Shown here piece by piece: positions 57,443 through 64,000 of a stretch of 64,000 nucleotides of DNA. Below the pieces are notes generated by a model. That model searched no databases. It was given only the letters and a program-made list of their open reading frames with translations, and was not told the DNA's origin. The first letter of the stretch is position 1. Every line of letters begins with the position of its first letter. Origin of the DNA: Methanosuratincola petrocarbonis (lineage in GTDB: Archaea > Thermoproteota > Methanomethylicia > Methanomethylicales > Methanomethylicaceae); NCBI GenBank assembly GCA_030522375.1, contig CP130488.1:576569-640568 (forward strand). The letters run 5' to 3'. The position numbers and the translations under genes were made by a program.

Positions 57443-58006
57443 TTAGTTTATCTTTATCGCGTCCGAAACCTCTTTCATCCTGTCGCTTATCGTGAAGTCC
57501 AGGTAGATCTTCACGGTCTCCAGCCTCGAGTGCCCGATCAGCCTCCTGCAGAGCTCGATGTCCCTGGTCTTCTCGAGGATCCGTATTGCGTAGGCGTGGC
57601 GGAGTGCATGGCTCCTGATTCGCCTGCCCAAAAACCGCTGGGTGTACCTGTGGGTTATATTGAGCACTTGGCGCCTGCTCAGGTCGAAAACCCTATCGCC
57701 CTGGATCTGCTTGAGGTACTCCTTGACGAAAGCCTTCAGGTCCTGGCTGAGGATGGTCTGCCTTGCGAACTCGTCCTTCTTCTTCAGCTGGGTTATTGTG
57801 ATGATGTTGGTCTCAAAGTCGAAGTCGGACTTCTTGAGGAGCAGGAGCTCAGAAGTCCTAATCCCGGTCGTGGCGAGCAGCCCTATGACGCAGAGGTCCC
57901 TGAGCGGAGCTTCGCCCTGCCTGTAAGCCTTGATCATCGAGCTGACGAGGAGCTCCACTTCTCTCCACGATGGGACGTCCCTCAGCTCCAGCCTCTGCTT
58001 GGGCAC
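57443..58006 (-). CDS. Minimal tyrosine recombinase (phage integrase catalytic domain only), paralog of the upstream copy
   Basis: GTG start at 58006 preceded by AGGGGG. Chosen by alignment with the paralog (ELRDVPSWREV vs KLDDVPTWSEV). TGIRTSE Arg, HAYAIRILE (HxxR), VKIYLDF Tyr. The ORF-track 5' extension was rejected. Confidence 0.7.
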   Translation of the reverse strand: MPKQRLELRDVPSWREVELLVSSMIKAYRQGEAPLRDLCVIGLLATTGIRTSELLLLKKSDFDFETNIITITQLKKKDEFARQTILSQDLKAFVKEYLKQIQGDRVFDLSRRQVLNITHRYTQRFLGRRIRSHALRHAYAIRILEKTRDIELCRRLIGHSRLETVKIYLDFTISDRMKEVSDAIKIN

Positions 58007-58056
58007 TCGTTTCCCCCTTTTCCCTACTATGTCGGCTTGGAGGGTATAAAATCTTT

Positions 58057-58614
58057 TCAAAGGTCCACGACGGCATCGAACAGGCCGATCAGCTCCCCAA
58101 GCAGGAGCCGCTCCCTCTCGCTTATCCCTGAACCCTTGTCGTCGAAGAAATCCCCCCAGTAGGCAGTCCCCACGAAGGTCTCCGCCAGGGCTATGGCTTC
58201 CCTGAGCAGCTCTGCCCTTCCGCACTGGAGGTAGATCGTCAAGTCATTCACAAAAAGCACCGGGGTGGGGGATGCGATGTACTGGGCTAAGCACTGCTCG
58301 ATCGCGCAGGCGTTCAGCTTGGCCAGCCTCACGACTTCTTCTGCGGTAGTCCCCTCAAGGCGGGGAGCAAATACATGCGTTGGTTCGAGGTGCCGCACCT
58401 TTTCTGGAGCGGGGACGACAAGCCGCCCGCCGACCTTCCTTCCCCCCACGGAAATCTCTCCCGGGGCCATGTCGATGACTGTTATTGAGCCCGCCCCTTC
58501 TGAATCGGTGGCCTCAGCCAGGAGGCGGCTGAGCAGGCTGGTCTTCCCCCTCCCGACGTCCCCGCGTATCAGCGCCTTCTTGCCCTTGATCGCCGAATAG
58601 CTAATCCCCTTCAA
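58057..58614 (-). CDS. Small P-loop NTPase, uncharacterised
   Basis: Walker A GDVGRGKTSLLSRLL and Walker B-like VLFVNDLT. 185 aa. Overlaps the ThiW-like gene by 14 nt. Confidence 0.55.
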   Translation of the reverse strand: MKGISYSAIKGKKALIRGDVGRGKTSLLSRLLAEATDSEGAGSITVIDMAPGEISVGGRKVGGRLVVPAPEKVRHLEPTHVFAPRLEGTTAEEVVRLAKLNACAIEQCLAQYIASPTPVLFVNDLTIYLQCGRAELLREAIALAETFVGTAYWGDFFDDKGSGISERERLLLGELIGLFDAVVDL

Positions 58615-59182
58615 TTACGCGCCTCCTCTTCAGAGCCAGGACTACGAGATAGCCCATGACTGCCCCGGGGACGCTGCTCATGAGGAAAAAGATCGTGAAC
58701 AGCTGCCACTGGGCAGTTAGCCCGAGGAAGGGCTGCAATTGCGCTGCACCGATGGCTGGTGCGACAAAGAATGCGCTGATCAGTGCCCCGAGGGTCGTCC
58801 CCAAGGGTTCCGTAAGGCCGGCAGCTTCTTTCCGCACCAAATACTTGTAGGCTATGCCGACCACCAATGCGCCAGGAATCCCCCCTGGCAGGGCGAAAAA
58901 AGTCCCGGTCCCAATCCCTATCCTGATCATGCCGATCAGCCCTGCCACGACGCCCGCGTTCAGCGGTCCGAGCAAAATCCCCGCGACCACATTTATCATA
59001 TGCTGGAAGGGGAAGACTTTTGTCGGCCCCACGGGGAATGCGCCAGGAAAAACCGATAACGAAACGCCTAATGCGACAAGTATCGATGAAAGCACTAACC
59101 GGTACGTGGGCGTTTTCAAATGTATTATTTTTCTATTACTATAATTAGACCCATTCTCAATATTTTGCCTTTTTGACACCAA
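58601..59182 (-). CDS. thiW: ECF transporter S-component, ThiW-like (thiamine precursor)
   Basis: 5-6 TM protein with FPFQHMINVVAGILLGP, resembling the ThiW motif. Preceded by a TPP riboswitch. The true start is probably the TTG near 59119 (KTPTYRLVLSS...); the AT-rich 59120-59182 stretch is likely leader. Confidence 0.65.
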   Translation of the reverse strand: MVSKRQNIENGSNYSNRKIIHLKTPTYRLVLSSILVALGVSLSVFPGAFPVGPTKVFPFQHMINVVAGILLGPLNAGVVAGLIGMIRIGIGTGTFFALPGGIPGALVVGIAYKYLVRKEAAGLTEPLGTTLGALISAFFVAPAIGAAQLQPFLGLTAQWQLFTIFFLMSSVPGAVMGYLVVLALKRRRVIEGD

Positions 59183-59188
59183 ACTACA

Positions 59189-59276
59189 GATCCCTCCGCT
59201 GGCATTGCCCAGATCAGGTTCAAAGGGTCGGCGACGGTTCCAGTCACCCTCTCAGCCCCTTTCCAGGAGCTCCCCT
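59189..59276 (-). ncRNA. TPP (thiamine pyrophosphate, THI-element) riboswitch
   Basis: Minus-strand sequence GGGGCUGAGAGGGUGACUGGAACCGUCGCCGACCCUUUGAACCUGAUCUGGGCAAUGCCAGCGGAGGGAUC. It has the conserved CUGAGA and ACCUGAUCUGG-AAUGCCAGCG pyrophosphate-sensor elements. Sits directly 5' of the ThiW-like gene. Confidence 0.8.
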
Positions 59277-60158
59277 TTGCAATCCAAATTTCCCGTATGT
59301 TTATAAGTGTTCCTATTACCTGATTATAGGAATTGCGGGCAAATTTTATTTTAGTAGTAAATATTTTTTAAATATGAAAATTCATTTTTTTAATTTAGGA
59401 CCATTAACGAAATTATTTTAAGGTTTAAGAACACTTCACTTTAAAGGACATTTTTAAACTAGTTAGCGTCATGGCTTAATAAATCAACAAATATCAAAAT
59501 TTTATTCAAAAATAAAAAATCATCGATATTTAAAAAGATAATTCAAAGAAATTAATTAAAATTGGAAAATTGTGGTTCACCATCAGATTGCGCCTCCTGT
59601 GCGGAATCCAATATTTCCTGAATCCCAGAGAATTCAGGCTGCTGGGGCTTGGGAGATCGGCAGGGGTGAGCGAGAATCTGAACCGCTCTGAAGGCACTCC
59701 CCGGGGCCTGAGGCGCTCGAAAGAAAGCAGGACGGTGGTTTATCACCTGCGGCCGCCGTTTCTTATCATTTCCCAATCTCACCTAGAATGGGAAATGGTG
59801 CAAAGATGGGATCTGCAGAAATTTTTCCTTTTATTTTCCTATTATGGAAATATTGGGAAATAAAGAGTAGCCCCGTTGGTTTTTGAGGCTCTAGAGGCGG
59901 CCTGCAGGCAGCCCAAAAATTTTTATGAAAAATGAATTGCTAATTTTATGGAAAAATTGTATTAGTGGTAAAACTATTTTTTAGTTTGACTTTTTATTCC
60001 CCAAGACACTTCGTCGGCATCCTTGTAAATTAGTTTACTATGAACGCTAGAATCTAGATCCAAGTGAAAGAACTGTTGGTGTCAGATACCTTGAGATATT
60101 CGCTAAAAAACCATAAGTTATTATATGACAAAAACCACCATTAACACAGGCGAGTGCA

Positions 60159-60962
60159 ATGGTCTTGACTTTCCAAGCACTGGTTGCCGGATCGCAAGCC
60201 GGCAAGGTCAACGCCACGCTCCCTTGGCAAGTGGCATTCTATGAACCTGGCCCGCCGCCTGTCGCGGCAGATGTGCTTACCAGCGCCCGGAGGGGCGCAT
60301 TCTACGAGGAGGTTGTAAAGCTTTCGGACATAAGGCAGAGGCTTGACGCTAGGGTTATACTCGTATCCCCCAGGAGGCGGATCGGGGTGAATGATGTGCG
60401 GCTGGCAACCTCTTTCGGGATATGCGTGGTCCTTGACGGCGACTCTGAGGGTCTGCGCATGGCTTCAAGCGGCGCTGATGTGGGAGAGGTCAACGCTCGC
60501 TTTGTTGAGGCCATCCTGAAAAACAAGAGCAGGAGGGTGGCTTCCGAATGCAGGTCTGCCATAGTCGAGCTGCTCCGGGAAAAGTGGTTAACCCCTGAAG
60601 AGCTGGTCTCTGCGCTCCACCTGTCCTTTGGTGCCAGGACGGTGACCTCCCAGCTCAGGTCCCTTGCGAGGGGGGGCACCGTGCGCCTGATAGGAAGGAC
60701 TGCGAAAGGAGAGGGCGTGTATGGCCTGCCTGGAATCCAATACCCCGCGAGAGGCGATCTGTCAAGGCCGTCGAGGCTTAGATATTTGGAGGGGGCGGTG
60801 ACTGCGATGCTGTCCTCCTGCGGCCGCCCGATGACCTCGGCTGAGATGAGCGAAAGGCTCAACGCGAGCCAGCACCAGATCAGATCGGTGCTGAGAAAGT
60901 TGGCTAATGAGCGCAAAGCGGCGAGGACTGGCGATGGGTGGGTTTTTTCAGACAAAAAGTAA
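60159..60962 (+). CDS. Hypothetical protein with possible C-terminal winged-helix
   Basis: 267 aa. C-terminus MTSAEMSERLNASQHQIRSVLRKLANE...GDGWVF is wHTH-like. No confident family. Confidence 0.4.
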   Translation: MVLTFQALVAGSQAGKVNATLPWQVAFYEPGPPPVAADVLTSARRGAFYEEVVKLSDIRQRLDARVILVSPRRRIGVNDVRLATSFGICVVLDGDSEGLRMASSGADVGEVNARFVEAILKNKSRRVASECRSAIVELLREKWLTPEELVSALHLSFGARTVTSQLRSLARGGTVRLIGRTAKGEGVYGLPGIQYPARGDLSRPSRLRYLEGAVTAMLSSCGRPMTSAEMSERLNASQHQIRSVLRKLANERKAARTGDGWVFSDKK

Positions 60963-61106
60963 TAAATTAATTTCGATAATCTAGATTAGGTAAAAATTGA
61001 TTATTTTTCACTATTGGAATTTCAAACAGCTTAAAGGCGAAAAAAATCCCAAGCCTTAAAAAATATCCTTACAGAGGGTAATAATTGAATATGTGCGTGC
61101 AAACTT

Positions 61107-61901
61107 ATGATGCCTGTCCATATCAACGACATATACTATGAACCGGAAAAACAATTTTGTGGACTGTACATAGCCTCAAAAATATCTATGCCTGATTTTG
61201 ATCCTACGCTAGAGCTCCTGAGGATATTGAATGAAAACAAGATTTGTTTCTTAAGCATATCATCTCACAGAAGCGAAGATGTGGTCCATAACTTCATAAC
61301 TTTAGACCTTACAGACGTCCCTGAATTGAAAGAAAAAATGGTAAATGATATAAAAGAAAAATTCGGGCAGCGGCTGGTCTACCTTGAGTGCGCCGACTCC
61401 GGCGTCCCTGGGCTCATCTACAATGTGAACGGCTACCCGGTGATACTGAACATTTCCGGTCATCCTATGCAGGTCGCCGCGATGACGACTTCGGGATGGA
61501 TGAACCTCGTGATGGGGATGATCAGGCGGTACAAGGGCGATGCCATGCTGATGCTCTGGAATATGGGCAACGACTTCGGCGAGGCTCACGGGAAGACCCT
61601 CCTTGAGTTGAAGGGCATGAGCGACAGGCACCGCATCAGGATCGGGCTTGCCGTGCTCCAGGCGCTCGGCTGGGGTAAGTTCGAACTGGCGGAGTGCGAC
61701 GAGTTTGGGAAAGTGGTGGTGATAAGGGCAACAGAGAACTTTGAGGAGCTCATAACATGGGAGATGCTCGATTATGAGAACCGCTTCCTCCTAGGGTTCT
61801 TTGTCGGGCTGGTCAGCAAGGTATTCGACAAGGCATGCAGGGGCACAGAAGTGAAGTGCTTGAAGCTTGGCGACCCGTACTGCGAGTTCGTGATCAGGTG
61901 A
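61107..61901 (+). CDS. V4R (4-vinyl reductase) domain protein
   Basis: C-terminal ...CLKLGDPYCEFVI is typical of V4R domains. 264 aa. Confidence 0.55.
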   Translation: MMPVHINDIYYEPEKQFCGLYIASKISMPDFDPTLELLRILNENKICFLSISSHRSEDVVHNFITLDLTDVPELKEKMVNDIKEKFGQRLVYLECADSGVPGLIYNVNGYPVILNISGHPMQVAAMTTSGWMNLVMGMIRRYKGDAMLMLWNMGNDFGEAHGKTLLELKGMSDRHRIRIGLAVLQALGWGKFELAECDEFGKVVVIRATENFEELITWEMLDYENRFLLGFFVGLVSKVFDKACRGTEVKCLKLGDPYCEFVIR

Positions 61902-62783
61902 TCAGGCGAGCGGCTCCGGGCACTTGTCTGCCGCGTAGGGTAGCTTCTCAGCCTTGATCAGGAACTGTTGCCTGCTCGCCCTCACCTTCTCCAGGACGAG
62001 GCATTTGCCCCTCTCCGTGAGCGCGAAAACTGGGACTGCCGAGCCCGCCTGAATCAGTGCCTTCCCTGCAGCCGCCTCCCTGATCCACCTGGATGCGCAA
62101 GCCGACACCAAGTCCGCAACCTCGACCATCCTGCAGGCTTCCTCCTTCCCGATCCCGGTCAGGTGGACTCCGAATATGAGCGCATCAGGATGCCTTGCCC
62201 TTATCCTCTCGCCCTCTGCGGGGTCTGTTATTGTCACAGCGACATCCGAGTATCCCATCTTGTACGCGAGATCAGTCCCCTCTGCCTGATCGATCCTCGC
62301 GGTCTCGCGATCCAGGACGGTTCCGCCGAGGGCCTCTATCCTTTCGATGAGCTTAGGGATAGGGGAAGTCGAGACCAGCCCGGACATCCTCCCGCCAATA
62401 CCCTGGACAAGGTCCGGGTTTTGCGTTATGAGCGTCCCTGCGCCCTCGCAGACGATGACGGCAGCCCCCAACGCCTTCGTCCGGAGCCCATGGCTTATCA
62501 TTTCGGATGCGCCGAAGGTCACAAAGTCCTTTGACGACTCGAGCAAGCGGTTCTCAGTGCACATCCCGTACGCGCTGATCCTTCCCTCTATGTTCTTGCG
62601 GACCTTCTCTGGGGTGATGGTGTCCACCGGGGTGGAGAACTTCTTCGCCAGCGGGCATTCCCTGATCATGGGAGGGCCGACCTCGATAACCAGCCCATCC
62701 CTGACAACAACGCGGGACCTGCCTATCGCCTCAATCACATGCTCGTCTCGATCGGGCATAATCGCATCGAAAAGTTGATACAC
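61902..62783 (-). CDS. DUF2099 family protein (methanogenesis-marker-8-like)
   Basis: 293 aa. Archaea-specific conserved protein pattern (VIVCEGAGTLIT..., GGRMSGL). Recalled from memory; unverified. Confidence 0.45.
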   Translation of the reverse strand: MYQLFDAIMPDRDEHVIEAIGRSRVVVRDGLVIEVGPPMIRECPLAKKFSTPVDTITPEKVRKNIEGRISAYGMCTENRLLESSKDFVTFGASEMISHGLRTKALGAAVIVCEGAGTLITQNPDLVQGIGGRMSGLVSTSPIPKLIERIEALGGTVLDRETARIDQAEGTDLAYKMGYSDVAVTITDPAEGERIRARHPDALIFGVHLTGIGKEEACRMVEVADLVSACASRWIREAAAGKALIQAGSAVPVFALTERGKCLVLEKVRASRQQFLIKAEKLPYAADKCPEPLA

Positions 62784-63180
62784 GCCTTAGGATAATATCT
62801 CTTTTGCCGATGAAGATAGTCATGCAAACCGATGGGAAAGATGAGGGCCCCTAGGGTATCTGAGGCATTCCCCATCCAACAGTTGCCATGAGAGAAAGTG
62901 ATTTTTTCATTTCAGTTACGCATGCTCGGCTATCCATTGCATTCTGTTTCTGAAAAAGTCCAAGTCAAAACAGGCGGGTTAATGGGCTCAGATCCGCCTT
63001 CTCGACTCTGCTTCGCTCTTGAGCAAGTATCTGATCACATAGTCCATTGTCTTCCTGCGCCTGTCCTGGCTGTCCTGGAACCTCAGCGTCTTCTGGAGCT
63101 CCAGCAGGCTGATGTAAGTGTCCTCCTTTACCCTGATCAGAAAAGTCCTCTCTGGCAAAAAGCCCACCTGTAAAAAAAGA

Positions 63181-64000
63181 TTAGAGGAGAGAGTACATAA
63201 GGATTAAGGCAATGAAGAGTATCGAGATCGTGTTCATCACTTTGATGAGCGGGTTGATCGCAGGTCCGGCTGTGTCCTTGAACGGGTCTCCGACTGTGTC
63301 CCCGACTACCGCAGCCGCATGGGCTGGGCTCTTCTTGCCGCCGAAGTTGCCGAGCTCGATGTACTTCTTCGCATTGTCCCACATGGCTCCCCCTGTGGTC
63401 ATGAGCAGCGCGAGGAGCAGGCCCGACAGGATGACTCCCATGAGCATCCCTCCGAGCGCCCTCTCGTTGAGCAGGAACCCGACCAGGAGTGGTGAGAGTA
63501 TTGCAATGATGGCAGGCGCCGCAAGCTCCTTCAGTGCAGCCTTGGTCACTATGTCGACTGCCCTGCCATAGTCCGGCTTAGCAGTACCTTCCATTATGCC
63601 CTTGATCTCGCGGAACTGTCTCCTGACCTCCTCGACGATCTGGAATGCCGCCCTCCCGACGGCGGTCATCAGCATCGATGCGAACAGGAAAGGTATCGCC
63701 GCGCCCAACAGGAGACCAGCAAGCACAAATGGGTCCTCTATCGAAAGCACTACCGATCCTACCCTCTTGACGATCTCGTCCTTGTATGCCGCAAACAGCG
63801 AGAGGGCTGCGAGCGCAGCAGAGCCTATCGCATAACCTTTTGTCACAGCCTTCGTGGTGTTCCCGACCGCATCGAGCGGATCCGTCACGTCGCGGACCTC
63901 CTTCGGGAGGTTTGCCATCTCTGCGATCCCGCCTGCATTGTCTGTAATCGGTCCGTAGGCATCGATCGAGACGATCATACCGGTTGTGGAGAGCATTGCG
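63181..64000 (-). CDS. hppA: Membrane-bound H+-translocating pyrophosphatase, C-terminal part; the N-terminus lies beyond the window end
   Basis: [32 protein letters not shown] and the C-terminal TM segments are canonical H+-PPase motifs. The gene continues past 64000. Confidence 0.9.
   Translation of the reverse strand, partial: AMLSTTGMIVSIDAYGPITDNAGGIAEMANLPKEVRDVTDPLDAVGNTTKAVTKGYAIGSAALAALSLFAAYKDEIVKRVGSVVLSIEDPFVLAGLLLGAAIPFLFASMLMTAVGRAAFQIVEEVRRQFREIKGIMEGTAKPDYGRAVDIVTKAALKELAAPAIIAILSPLLVGFLLNERALGGMLMGVILSGLLLALLMTTGGAMWDNAKKYIELGNFGGKKSPAHAAAVVGDTVGDPFKDTAGPAINPLIKVMNTISILFIALILMYSLL

Noticed and set aside
58007-58225. 5' extension of the second integrase ORF (57443..58225)
   Set aside because: The extension (RKGRAAQGSHSPGG…) is Arg/Gly-rich and overlaps the upstream P-loop gene. 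Paralog alignment and a GGGGG SD plus TTTTATA box support the GTG at 58006.
1-64000. CRISPR arrays, rRNA genes, and IS/transposase genes
   Set aside because: There are no regularly spaced direct repeats, no rRNA-like conserved stretches, and no transposase-like ORFs. The only recombinases are the two minimal tyrosine integrases.

Overview
This 64 kb window is high-GC (~60%) archaeal DNA. The evidence for an archaeon: a class III signal-peptide pilin with a FlaI/TadA-type ATPase and FlaJ/TadC-type membrane protein, an Hjc-like resolvase, geranylgeranyl reductase, BRE/TATA-like promoters with leaderless starts, and a TPP riboswitch. Its lineage is probably a Thermoplasmata or methanogen-related euryarchaeon, but I hold that loosely.

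Most of the window is core metabolism and housekeeping:
- hisD/hisG/hisZ
- class III anaerobic ribonucleotide reductase nrdD-nrdG
- a type IV pilus locus
- a TrmO/TsaA-like methyltransferase and a PLP-dependent Cys/Met enzyme
- RNase HI, a large carboxypeptidase-regulatory-domain surface protein, and a sensor histidine kinase
- a bacterial-type grpE-dnaK-dnaJ operon
- two separate CCG-domain Fe-S oxidoreductase loci (HdrD/GlpC-like and LutA-LutB-like)
- a DUF47/PhoU-like plus PiT phosphate transporter pair, a PaaK-like ligase with an ACT protein, and a B12-binding radical SAM protein
- two tandem minimal tyrosine recombinases
- a ThiW-like ECF S-component preceded by a clear TPP riboswitch
- a truncated H+-pyrophosphatase at the window end

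The standout feature is a ~13 kb AT-rich (~40-45% GC) island at about 34.55-47.64 kb, set into this GC-rich backbone. It carries:
- an LEA14-like protein, a GIY-YIG-like nuclease ORF, a GGCT/AIG2-like protein and a 56-aa zinc-ribbon ORF, plus gene fragments and a pseudogenised surface-protein C-terminus
- a four-ORF putative defence cassette:
  - a DUF499-type P-loop ATPase (BrxC/PglY-like, 899 aa)
  - a 117-aa unknown ORF translationally coupled to the next gene
  - a DUF1156-type zinc-ribbon N6/N4 DNA methyltransferase with a DPPY motif (876 aa)
  - an SNF2-family helicase with a C-terminal DUF3883-like PD-(D/E)xK nuclease-like domain (1040 aa)

The cassette resembles a pared-down BREX-like (type 3-like) restriction/exclusion system that lacks PglZ. 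It is the best candidate for a novel or poorly characterised system in this window.
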